DNA of 64,000 bases from Macrostomum lignano. Lineage: Eukaryota. Position numbers and translations under genes: made by a program. Under the pieces are notes generated by a model. It did not search any database, had not been told where the DNA came from, and saw only the letters and a program-made list of their open reading frames with translations. The DNA lies in assembly GCA_002269645.1 (NCBI GenBank), contig NIVC01003437.1, positions 14,709 through 78,708 of the forward strand, in the 5' to 3' direction. This document shows, in pieces, positions 14,672 through 26,042 of this stretch. Each line of letters begins with the position of its first letter. Within the stretch, counting starts at the first letter, position 1.

Positions 14672-16242
14672 ATGAACCAAAAGACGTGCTCTCTCCGCCA
14701 TCTTCTGCCGCTGCTCTGCTGCCTCATCGCCGTCTCCTTGGCTTCCCGACTCGCCGACTACGACAAACTGCACGCCTGTCCGTCTGACAACCTACCCGCT
14801 GATGGAGTGCGGAAGCTGGAGCCTCATCAACTGCCTGAACGCAGCATCGCTGGCTGCGTGCTGAGCTGCCACACAACAGAGAGCTGTGCAGCTGCCAGCA
14901 TGGTCGCTGAGCATCGCTGGTGTCTGCTGGCGACTGCCGAGGCTTTCCTCACTGCATGGCTGCACGGACACGGCCAGTGCGACTCGTTTGTGAACAGGCG
15001 GAGGCTGGCAAAGTTCCAGCAGGGTGAGAAGTCATGAGTGAATGCAGCTGTGCCCATGCAGTGAGTGACTGCAGCTGTGCCCATGCAGTGTGTGACTGCA
15101 GCTGTGCCCATGCAGTGTGTGACTGCAGCTGTGCTCATGCAGTGAGTGACTGCAGCTGTGCCCATGCAGTGTGTGACTGCAGCTGTGCCCATGCAGTGTG
15201 TGACTGCAGCTGTGCCCATGCAGTGTGTGACTGCAGCTGTGCCCATGCAGTGAGTGACTGCAGCTGTGCCCATGCAGTGTGTGACTGCAGCTGTGCTCAC
15301 ATCGTTATCGAATTGCAGCTCACACGACCGACCTGCCCAGCAGCATCGCGGTGAGCTCGCTGCGGATTCTGTATCACTTCCGTGTGGGCTCGTTCAACCT
15401 GGCGCCTGTGCACCGGAATCCGCACACTCCGGTGCTCGTGTCGGCTGTGCTCAAACGGTCTGCGGGCGCGTTCGTGACGGGAGAGTCTGGCTCCTTCATC
15501 GGTGTGAGCACGGCCGACGGAATCGAGGACCTGTTTGTGCCCGAGCCCAACGTGACCGTGTTCATGCGAGCTAAGTACGAATTCAACTCGAGGTGAGTAC
15601 TTTAGAAAGTACATCTGTAACATAAAAGTGTAGTTGCATTGGTTGCAAATAAGAATTTTAAAGTGTTTGCCACCAACCGCACATTTGCTTTCCGAACCCA
15701 CCGCTTGCAGTGCTGCACGCTCGGTGGTTTTCAGCCTGCACAATTGCAGTTTTGGAGGTTTCGCAAGCCTGGTGTTGTTTGATCCTGAAAAAGACAAGCT
15801 CATCTTTCGCTTCGACGATCCGTATGAGCAGAAGAAGCGACGGTTCATTGATAGTTCCGGAAAATTTCCACACAGCTCTGGCAGTGCCTACAACTCCATG
15901 GGCTACACCTTCGATGGCTCGGAGTGTTCGACCTACTTCGAAGGCGGATTGGAGCGACTTGAAACAATTAGGAACGGATCGGTGCTAAGCAATTCATCCA
16001 AGTCAAACAAGGCGGAGTGCCTGAGCATCGGAGGAAAAATTCCACGGTTTCAGAACTCGATTCAAGGCTGGATTGAATGCTTTGCCATTGCGGAGGGTCT
16101 GTTCGATCTGCAGCAGCTCGATGGACTCAGCAGCTGGTGCAAGAATCTGATTCCAAAGTCAGGTGTGTTAGGCACCTTAGTCTGCAATTCTTTAAGCACA
16201 CGAGTCCAACATCGAAACTATTTATCGTTATTGCATGCCTAA
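14672..16242 (+). CDS. Secreted PAN/apple + LamG-like protein, copy 4 (class II exon 3); join(14672..15023,15319..15592,15711..16242), 385 aa
   Basis: ATG at 14672 then hydrophobic LLPLLCCLIAVSLAS; donors G|GTGAGA and AG|GTGAGT, acceptors ttgcag|; spliced length 1158 nt in frame; ends ...IQGWIECFAIAEGLFDLQQLDGLSSWC. A further donor at cag|gtgtgt near the C-terminus cannot be excluded. Confidence 0.8.
15036..15298. repeat. 27-bp minisatellite (~10 units) in intron 1 of copy 4
   Basis: Tandem gtgtgactgcagctgtgcccatgcagt between the donor at 15024 and the acceptor at 15318. Confidence 0.95.
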
Positions 16243-16286
16243 ATGATCACATGCGATAATCCATTCTATCACGAGCACTTTCCTTT

Positions 16287-16595
16287 GGGGTTGTAGCCTA
16301 TAGTGGTTAGAGCGTCGGACTCACGACTAAAAGGTCGGGGGTTCGATTCTCGACCAACTCGAAACAATTTGTGTCCTTGAGCAAGACACTTAACTCTGCA
16401 TTGGTTCAGTCCTCCCAGCCGTAAAATAGGTGCCAGCATTAGCTGGGGTAATTGAGGGTGTGTGGCGACCCGACACCCCAGTCCTTAGACTAAACAGCCG
16501 TACGCAGCCTTCAGATGCGCCGCGCAATAGCTGCGGCTGATCGAGCTGTCGATTGCACATCTGCCCACTGGGGCAGGTGTAATCAGTTATTATTA
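16287..16595 (+). mobile_element. tRNA-derived SINE with CORE/V-type central domain
   Basis: A-box-like tagcctatagtggttag, B-box ggttcgattc, then tgtgtccttgagcaagacacttaact...gtaaaataggtgcc and a TTA-rich tail; second copy at 36340. Confidence 0.75.
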
Positions 16596-16675
16596 CTTGA
16601 TGAGGACGCATCTTTTTTCAATCTTAAAACCGCACATTTCGTTTCGATGCAGTAGGTTACTGTACAGTAGGATAC

Positions 16676-18628
16676 TGTCAGTAGGCTAGCTTAGGAATCT
16701 CTCTCCATTCTCTCATCCAGGCTAAGTTCTACACTAATTTATGCTATCACTATTAATTATGATAAATACTCAATGTACTTCTCTTAGGATTCTAATTTTG
16801 GATTGTTTACGCATCTTTGAAGGTCAGACTGTCTGGGTTTGAGACGGATTGACCTCTAGCAGTCTAGACGGGCGACACAAGTCTGGGAGGAATGGTTTCA
16901 ACCCCATTCTGACCCCAGATTTGCGGCTTTTTCACTGATTTCAGTGATTTATGGCGGTCTAGCTGTCACTTTTGGCTCCAGCCTTTCTGGGTCAAAGAGG
17001 TCTTTCTAGCTTTCTCCCCACTCGCTCTGTTACTTTCTCCTTTAATTTATGGGTGTTTTGCTGTCACTTTTGGCGCCAGGATGTCTAGACAAGTGGCTTT
17101 TATTATGTTTTGCGCATGATTTATGACCGCACCTGTCATCTTTCCTGTGGTCTGAAGGCCACCTGGTGGGGTGGGTTTTGGGGTCTTGAGCTCAGCTAAT
17201 CAGAGTCGACCTGACTGCCCCCGGCTCGACCAATCAGAAGATTCGGCGCCTATTTTAACAAAAGCTCTCAGCCAATCGGAAAATTCGGCGTGCGTTATAA
17301 CAAATCGGCCTCGTGAGAGCTATAAAAGGCGGCAACTCGACCCGCGCTCTAGTAAACCCGGTCGTTTTCCTTGCCTTGGCCTTGGCCAGACCTGCCGACC
17401 TGATCCCAGTCGGCTTCTGCAGCGTCTTCGACGTCTGGTCCTTTTTCCCCCGGCAACTTCGGCTACTACAGCCAAGACCCCCCTGAAAGGCATCGTCAGT
17501 ACTTCCGGCCGTGAGCTAAGAGCTGCATCAACCACCGGCGAGAGAAGAGCAACGGCGTCACGCGTCAGTTAAGATCGGCAGCAGCATCCCGTCTGAGCGC
17601 TTCGGTCTCTGTGGATTCCTTGGCTACCGGCAGATAGGTCCTCTGATTGGTTTGGTGAGAGGCTCTCTTGACCTGCTTAACTGGGTGCGCCCTTTGTCTG
17701 ACACCTCCCTAGGTAGTCCGATAGGATTTGCACTTTTGCTTACTTGCTTTTGTGTGCCAATCTCGAGGCAGAAGTGTGAGTTAATATTAAAAGTAGCCAT
17801 TCGCTTTAACTCAATTTAAAGTGTCAAGGATGCAAGGATCAAGCATTTTCTTTCTTTCTTCGCAATGCCAGCTGAGATGAGCGACTAGATCTAAAGGCAG
17901 AGGTCACAGTGGACCGGAAGCGGCACAGTTCCCAGTCAATCAGTTGATCTCAGAAATCATGATAAGCATGCGAATTAAGCGCCAGACTGGCACTTTCGTG
18001 CAGTCTCAGGCAGTTAAGCGGCTAAAGTAAGTTAAATATTAGTCTAACGGTCTCCAAAAGTAACAATGCATTTACATCAGCGCTATCTGTCGACGTGTTA
18101 ACACATTTAGTGCCAAAAGCGTGCAGTTACGTGTACTTGTACATGTACTTCTGGGAATTTGGTAATTAAATAGTACTTTTAGTAGTGTATGAAGGCTCGC
18201 CAGCGCAAGAACCCCCTGCAAAAGTCCTCTCTGTCCCTGCATGGCCAATGCGATCTTAGTCCCAGCAGTGTCCCTTCTATTCGGCTATCACTTTTCGAGA
18301 TTTAGACAGCTAAAAGACACTAGATGGCAGGTAAGTGCAGTGCCCCTCTAGTCGGAAGTCCGATTTCGATAGCTCCCGTTTGGTGAGCCGGGGCGCACGG
18401 ACTGGTGGCAGCGGGTTAGTTGATCTGCGGATTAGCTAATCTCTACCTTTCAAATTCTCCCTGCTTGTCTCTCGCTGTCTTCTCTTAGCTATAGGACCTT
18501 GCTGCTCGCCCACAATCTAGCTACCATGGGGCTGACCATCTGACAGGAGTAAGAGGCCAGAGTTCTAAGTGATTCATTTCTGAGTTCTGAGGCCCGAAGC
18601 TGTAGGCTTAAAAAGGCCGAACCCATCA
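16676..18628 (+). mobile_element. ~1.95-kb non-coding LTR-like dispersed repeat (TG...CA), copy A
   Basis: Begins TGTCAGTAGGCTAG, ends CCCATCA; inverted homolog at 58284-60211; absent from the paralogous segment at ~36600; contains a CCAAT/TATA promoter. No convincing TSD, no ORF. Confidence 0.6.
17236..17330 (+). promoter_or_regulatory. Pol II promoter-like module inside the LTR-like repeat
   Basis: Two CCAATC boxes (~17236, ~17271) followed by ctataaaaggc at ~17320; the CCAAT pair is retained in the inverted copy at ~59615-59670. Confidence 0.5.
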
Positions 18629-19410
18629 TACTATCAATATTACTATTCCTTTACATGAGATAATGGTTAATCAACAAAATGTCAGATGCTTTTTAAACAC
18701 TTGCTGGCTCTCAAATGTAGTGCTCATTACATTTCTGAAGTAAATAATAGCTGTCATATCTTACCTGAATATTTTCTGAAAAGAACTTTTTGAAAAACAC
18801 ATTTTTTGTTTTTTTACACAAACTGAAAGCAATTAAAACCAATGGTGCTTTAATAATTTAGCCAATGAGAAAATTGAGTGTGTTGCTCGTATTTGCTTGT
18901 TTACCTGACATCATGCACGTGTACTAATCCAAATAGAATATCGAAAACAGCGGTCTCTTCAAAAAGTAGTTAATTGCATCTTTCAACATTCAATCGGAAC
19001 ACATCATGCAGCAACCAATGCGCTGAAAAAAGCATCTTGTAGATGAGTATGTTGGCTTTTGCTGTAATTAAGCGATGCCTTCGACAAAAACAGTACTGTT
19101 CTGTTTAAACAACAAATTTGCCAGTGGGTTTTTCTGCATTTTTTAAGAAAAAGCAGTTCAGCACATTCGACGCGCAATTAACAAGCAGCAAAGAACTTTG
19201 ACCCGGAGATTTAGACACAGCTTATTTCAGGGAGTCAGATAGTTGGAAAAGTGTTCGGACAGTCGAACGCGACTTTGTTTCCAGCATCCGCTGTTTTAAG
19301 AGATCTCCTCGCGGCAATTTAGCGACGCCCCAATCCAACAATGGATTGACAGGAGCTCAAATTTTTGCCACTTCTTAGACGTGGTCTGCAGGGGTCTATG
19401 AGAAGTTCCG

Positions 19411-19543
19411 CAGGGGGGTTTTTCCAGTCGGAATTTCAAGTCAAATCAAATCGGATTTGAAATCTAGTCTAGGCTAGTTCTAATCTAGTCCAGCATTGTC
19501 TATAGACTGGATTCGACTTGAAATTCCGACTGTAAAAACCCTG
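19411..19543. mobile_element. Small palindromic MITE-like element (CAGGG...CCCTG)
   Basis: ~30-bp imperfect TIR cagggg..tttttccagtcggaatttcaagtc / gacttgaaattccgactgtaaaaaccctg; left half also present at 37190-37250. No TSD seen. Confidence 0.65.
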
Positions 19544-20394
19544 TCTGACGTAGAGAGAAATGGTTTTCGATGATATTTCACCTTCACTTATTGCCGGCCC
19601 AAGTTAAATTTTCAGAATATAATAATAATATTAATAATAATAGTAGCAATAGTAGTAGTAATGAAAATAAAAATATTAATGATGCGCTGTGGGCATCCTG
19701 GAACAACGCTTTCAGAGACATTCGTCCGAGGCAATTCTTTCCATTCCGCTGGCTCCTGAGCACATACAAGCGCACCAGTGCTGTACGCAGGCACAGCACT
19801 CTAATCGTCAGTCATGTACACTCTACCGCTGAGCTGCTCTGCCTTCGGTCCAACGCACTGGTATTCGACACCGGCACGCGGATATCCGCTGTGTTAATTA
19901 GCCTTTTCCATTAAAATTCTAAGTTGACAGTCCCTTCTGCATTGACGATATTTTGTAGGCTTAAAAGAGCCATTGTCTACCGTGAAAAACACCGTGGAAA
20001 AGCTGACATCTGGGAGTGGAAATAAAAAAATTAGGCCGTATGAATAAACTGAGCAAATGCTCAAACTCAGATTCATGAGAAAGTTCTCGGCTGCAGAGCA
20101 ATTGCTCCAGTCAGTAAGAATAAAAACATGGTCATAGACAAAAGAGCGGAGCATTTGCTCAAAAAACGTTGAGGCAGCTTTAAAGTCATGCCATTTGAGA
20201 GCATCATGTGCACATGCTTACACGCCTTCGGTTCTTGTAAGGATACGAGAGCATGGCTTCAGTGAGATAATACAGCCGATGACTCTAAGGCATCCCTACC
20301 CAAGGAGCGGTAGGAAGGTAGAAAGAGTCGGTCTGGCGCACGTCGCTGATTGGCATGTCGGAGACGGGTCAGGGGGTTAGGAAGTCCTTTTGGT

Positions 20395-21810
20395 GAGTGT
20401 CCATGACTTGGGGATGAGTACCCAAGACACTCAGAAGTAGATCTCCATGATTTTGGGGATGAGTACCCAATGACACTCAGAAATGGGTGTCCATGACTTG
20501 GGGATGAGTACCCAATGACACTCAGAAATGGGTGTCCATGACTTGAGGATGAGTACCCAATGACACTAATAAATTGGTGTCCATGACTTGGGGATGAGTA
20601 CCCAATGACACTCATAAATTGGTGTCCATGACTTGGGGATGAGTACCCAATGACACTCAGAAATGGGTGTCCATGACTTGGGGATGAGTACCCAATGACA
20701 CTCATAAATTGGTGTCCATGACTTGGGGATGAGTACCCAATGACACTCAGAAATGGGTGTCCATGACTTGGGGATGAGTACCCAATGACACTCAGAAATG
20801 GGTGTCCATGACTTGAGGATGAGTACCCAATGACACTAATAAATTGGTGTCCATGACTTGGGGATGAGTACCCAATGACACTCAGAAATGGGTGTCCATG
20901 ACTTGAGGATGAGTACCCAATGACACTAATAAATTGGTGTCCATGACTTGGGGATGAGTACCCAATGACACTCAGAAATGGGTGTCCATGACTTGAGGAT
21001 GAGTACCCAATGACACTCAGAAATGGGTGTCCGTGAATTGAGGATGAGTACCCAATGACACTAATAAATTGGTGTCCATGACTTGGGGATAAGTACCCAA
21101 TGACACTCAGAAATGGGTGTCCATGGCTTGGGGATGAGTACCCAATGACACTCAGAAATGGGTGTCCATGACTTGGGGATAAGTACCCAATGACACTCAG
21201 AAATGGGTGTCCATGAATTGAGGATGAGTACCCAATGACACTCAGAAATGGGTGTCCGTGACTTGAGGATGAGTACCCAATGACACTCAGAAATGGGTGT
21301 CCATGAATTGGGGATGAGTACCCAATGACACTCATAAATGGGTGTCCATGACTTGAGGATGAGTACCCAATGACACTCAGAAATGGGTGTCCGTGACTTG
21401 GGGATGAGTACCCAATGACACTAATAAATTGGTGTCCATGACTCTGGGATGAGTACCCAATGACACTCAGAAATGGGTGTCCATGACTTGGGGATGAGTA
21501 CCCAATGACACTCATAAATTGGTGTCCATGACTTGGGGATGAGTACCCAATGACACTCATAAATTGGTGTCCAAGACTTGAGGATGAGTACCCAATGACA
21601 CTCAGAAATGGGTGTCCGTGACTTGAGGATGAGTACCCAATGACACTCATAAATTGGTGTCCATGACTTGGGGATGAGTACCCAATGACACTCAGAAATG
21701 GGTGTCCATGTCTTGGGGATGAGTACCCAATGACACTAATAAATGGGTGTCCATGACTTGGGGATGAGTACCCGATGACACTGAGAAATGGGTGTTCATG
21801 ACTTGTGGAA
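20395..21810. repeat. 45-bp minisatellite, about 31 units
   Basis: Unit ccatgacttggggatgagtacccaatgacactcagaaatgggtgt with a few recurring variant sites. Confidence 0.95.
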
Positions 21811-22289
21811 GTGTGTCCATTCGACACACAAGAATGAGTGTCCAGAGCTAGTGTCCATAGTTGGAGAGGATCGCGTGTGGTGACGCGTGATTATTGCAGA
21901 TGGGGCTTCAGCCCTTTGCGATTCGATAGGTTGAGAAAACATGGCGAGTTTCTGGGGTAGGATCCGTTAATATTTTTGGAATTTTTAGTTAGAGCGGTAC
22001 TGTTGAGAAATTATTCTATTGGTCGAGAGGTCCTGGTAGTAGGGGGTCGAACCAGCATTTCTCTGTTGGGCTGTTCAGTCGATACCATCGCACATAGACC
22101 CTTAGACAGAGAAACTATTTAAAAGCAGTTCAAACCAATTTAGTTGCGTAAAATATCAAAGTAAAACACAAATAGGAATTTCTAAACTTCTAACTAATCA
22201 CTGCTTGATCCAGTCAAGTCTGAAAATCTGGAATAAATGATAATTTTTAAGCAAAAATTAACGAAAGCAAAGAAAAGAAAAGACAAATT

Positions 22290-22620
22290 ATCTAAGCTAC
22301 TGGTCTATCACAAAACAAATTACCTAAGCTACTGGTCTATCACAAAACAAATTACCTAAGCTACTGGTCTATCACAAAACAAATTATCTAAGCTACTGGT
22401 CTATCACAAAACAAATTACCTAAGCTACTGGTCTATCACAAAACGAATTACCTAAGCTACTGGTCTATCACAAAACAAATTACCTAAGCTACTGGTCTAT
22501 CACAAACCGAATTACCTAAGCTACTGGTCTATCACAAAACGAATTACCTAAGCTACTGGTCTATCACAAACCGAATTACCTAAGCTACTGGTCTATCACA
22601 AACCGAATTACCTAAGCTAC
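22290..22620. repeat. 32-bp minisatellite, about 10 units
   Basis: Unit aattacctaagctactggtctatcacaaaaca. Confidence 0.95.
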
Positions 22621-22719
22621 GGGGCTAGGTAGGCTATGGAGTATCCAAAACGACAGCATGTAAACAACGGGGTATTTTACAAAACAAAACCGATGATCTA
22701 CGGTGTCTACATCACAAAG

Positions 22720-22940
22720 CATGTAAGCAACAGGACCTACATCACAAAGCATGTAAGCAACAGGACCTACATCACAAAGCATGTAAGCAACAGGACCTAC
22801 ATCACAAAGCATGTAAGCAACAGGACCTACATCACAAAGCATGTAAGCAACAGGACCTACATCACAAAGCATGTAAGCAACAGGACCTACATCACAGAGC
22901 ATGTTAAGCAACAGGACCTACATCAAAAAGCATGTAAGCC
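22720..22940. repeat. 30-bp minisatellite, about 7 units
   Basis: Unit atcacaaagcatgtaagcaacaggacctac; homologous to the array at 39700-40220. Confidence 0.95.
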
Positions 22941-23239
22941 ACTGTAAATTTACAAAACAAATCAGATAATCTACAGATATCCACTGTGCACTCACAAAAC
23001 AAACTATACCGGTATAAGCAACGAGGCATTCGCCAAACGACAGTCAGTCTACGGAGAATTTATGACATCGATTAAGACAACAAAAATGACATTTAAAATA
23101 CTGCTGAAAAATCTGGATTGCTACGCCACGATCAGAGCCTCTTGGTTTCTACGCCATTACTACGAGTATAGTGTTCTGCACTTTGAGACCGACTACGACC
23201 TGGACGACTTTCACGGCCGACTCGAGTGGCAGCACCACC

Positions 23240-24690
23240 AAGCACCACTCGGCAGGTTGGCGTGGGGCTCCTGTCAGGGAAAGTGGGAATCCTGTTTGAA
23301 CCAAGCTGGATAGAAGACGTCCAGGTTCACGCTGAAACTTGAGAGCATCTTGCCGATGGCATCCAAGCCGAGTACGCACTCTGGCTGAATGTCGGTGACC
23401 ACCATCACCTGATGCTCTGTTGGCGGCAGACCGTCCAGCCGTATGGCTAGCGTTGCACTTCTTGGGGACTCCGAGCGTCAGCCGTCGATATCGACCGGAG
23501 AGCTGAGAGTTGAATGCAGCTGAGCAGCGATTCCTGCTGACACCAGCGTCACCTGCGCACCGGTGTCGAACAGCCACCTGCAGGACCGGCCAGCAATGCT
23601 GACGGGAAGGAAGATGGAAGCGGTTTAGGCCGTGCTAGGCAGGGCTGGTGATGGCCCGCGGTCACCAGTCCTCAGAAGTTTCCCGAAGCTGGTGTCGGGC
23701 AGACCTCGGCTTGGTGTCCTTTGCCTGAGCAGCGGCCGCGCACCGACGGCATGGTTGGTGCGGTGTTGGACTCTGACTGACTCTGATCTTTTATGGACTG
23801 TGGGCTCTGGGATCAGTGTTTGGGGTGGGTTATTTGTCTGGTGAGGGTTTGCGTACTCTGTGTACATCGTTGCTCATTCTCTATTCCATCGTGCATGCCT
23901 TATCTCTGTCACCCACCCCCAAATGCTATGCTGCGATGCTTATTAAATGTGTTTCCGATCTAAGGTTGACTTCAATAAACTTTTGTCACAACTTCAGAGC
24001 TAAAGCTATTGACTTTCAGTGCGGCCTTCCTGCTGGGGCACGGAGCCGCGAAATTTGCCTGGCTGAGCGCAGTTGAAGCATCTTCCCCGGCTGCTGCCTT
24101 TGCGTCCGGCTCCTCTTCTTCTTCCACGTTGACTGCCACGGCTGCTGATCGTGGCGACTGTCGCGGCCAGGTCTGCCAGCTGCTCCTGAATCTGCTCCAG
24201 CCGATCAGACACTTGATTGCTAATCGATGTCACTGCAACGCTTGCAGAGGCTCCTTTGCTGCCGATGCTTTCCAGGGTCGTGGCGCGGTCCGCCAACCGT
24301 TCAGGGCTGACTTCGTCGCAATCGGCCTCTTTCGAAGGCAGCAGTGCCAGCATTCGGTGTCGCACTTCGCAATCTTTCAAACTCTGAAATGGAGCGGTAG
24401 GAGTTTTCCTTGCTGCTGTAGAACTGGATGAGTTTGCTTTTTACACTCTTGAAGCTTTTCTTCTCGTCCTCTGGCAGGTCCCAGACGAACACCAGCGCTT
24501 CGCCGCACAGAAGAAGCTTGCTTTTTGAGGCCATTTTAGCATCGTTCCACCCTGAATCTGCTGCAAAATCTTCAAACATTTGCAGCCATATGTTAATGTC
24601 GATGTCGTCTGCACTCGAAAACTTTGGTGGCAAAAGTGCATTTTCATGCACCATGAGTGACTGGCTTGATTTAGAGACCGCTACCACCAA
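23240..24690 (-). mobile_element. Decayed Gypsy-like LTR retrotransposon remnant: PBS, gag, Zn knuckle and aspartic protease; RT and integrase missing
   Basis: gag-like PPKFSSADDIDINIWLQMFEDFA..GWND; degenerate knuckle CFNCAQPG; protease LFDTGAQVTL...CVLGLD read by eye in a frame with an internal stop; PBS-like sequence just after ...TTTACA. Confidence 0.8.
24678..24689 (-). promoter_or_regulatory. Primer-binding-site-like TGGTGGTAGCGG
   Basis: Begins TGG (complement of tRNA CCA), one base after a CA end at 24691-24692; the LTR probably extends to the right but its far end was not located. Confidence 0.6.
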
Positions 24691-26042
24691 TGTAAACTAG
24701 CCAGAAGGCAGGTTTGAGCTAGTCCGAGAAATCACGAAGTGTCTAAAGGCACAGTCAGTAAAAGTCCCAACAGAATTTTTTTTAAATTTCTTCAAATGTC
24801 TCCGGGGTTCTCATTCACCGGAGCGGGCGTGCAGCAATTCTGCATCAATGTGTCTTTGGTCCATTCGAGCAACTGAATGTGGGACTGTCATTGGCTGACT
24901 CGAAGTGTCTGATAGAGCCATGCTCTGCTACGGGGTCAGCCTTGTAGCTTTGAATCTGAGCGAATTTCACCAGCTCGAGCTGTTGTGTTCAGGCAAGTGA
25001 AGTCCTTGAACACAGCAAGTCAAGCGTACATGGACGCGGAACTGCTCAATAAAAATCCTAACTGAGCTTCAAATGCCATCAATTTGTGCAACAGGTGACT
25101 TAATATCCAAATGATCGTGCAAGATATGCGAATATGTATTTTATTATTATCGTCTTTAGAGTGCAGCATTGGCCATTCACCCACCTCTGTGTCCAATTTT
25201 CTAAGTGAGGGAATTGCACTCAGTAGTTATAGCGAAAACTATATGTTTAACAAAACCTTGGAGGATGCTAAATGGGATCGAAGATTCATTGAAAGCAACT
25301 ACAGTCTTGCACCTAACAACTATCACGCAGTTAAAACAAAACTCAAAAAACCTCAGCTAATGAACTTATCAATGTTTGTACCTGTGCAGGTTTCTGCCAG
25401 CTCTTACAATGCCGGTTCGCAATCAGCGATCACCAAGCTACACTTGCTAAAACAAGCCGAGCTTTTGTCTCTTTAACTCTCTGGAAGTTTCTGCCTACTG
25501 ACGAGTAGCAATGAAATAATCTGAAGCGAATATTCTCTTGAGCGTTCGAAGCTTGACTTGTACCAGAACTCACAGATACTTGTACTCGTACAGACTGTTT
25601 CTGTGTTCCTGAAGGGTGCGAGAATGTGCTCTGAAGCCCCTCGCCCAATATCTATAAAAGTTGTGATGGGACAGACCAATGCCGCTGTTTGGATAGCAAA
25701 GCAAGAACAAACAAAGGTGCTTTCCGAGATTTTAAAGATACACTTTTCACTGTATATTCAAAACATTGATCGCATCTCACAATTATTAATTAAAACTTCA
25801 CGAAAAACCGTGCATCTAAAATCAACGAGAATAATTTTTATTTATTTTGCGTTTTCCTCTTGTCATATTAGTTGAAATTTTGAGCATGATCTCACACGAG
25901 GAAGCTAAAACAAAATAATTGTATTAATTTTTTAACCCGAATTCAGAAAAGCACCATGCACCAAGAAGCCTTGAATAAAGATAAGCAGTCATGAGTCAAA
26001 ACTGTCTGCTGAACAGCAGCTCGTGTGAGCGCCATAAGATCA

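Larger units (their letters stand above)
14860..23235 (+). repeat. Segmental duplication, copy A (paralogous to ~35110-40840)
   Basis: Colinear anchors: PAN-LamG exons, SINE (16287/36340), 18650/36620, 19420/37190, 19685/38195, 21940/38640, 22630/39580, 23210/40815. Confidence 0.85.

Noticed and set aside
16287-16365. tRNA gene, also at 36340
   Set aside because: No complete acceptor stem; continues directly into a SINE core and tail.
20259-21827. 522-aa His/Ser/Gly-rich ORF
   Set aside because: Translation of a 45-bp minisatellite whose unit lacks a stop in that frame; no unique coding flanks and variant sites are not preferentially synonymous.
20395-22940. CRISPR-like arrays, here and at the other tandem arrays
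   Set aside because: Units are contiguous with no unique spacers, there are no cas genes, and the context is eukaryotic.
25111-25875. Short ORFs, one with a signal-peptide-like start (MRICILLLSSLECSIG)
   Set aside because: No recognisable domain, no consistent splice model, AT-rich codons unlike the supported genes.
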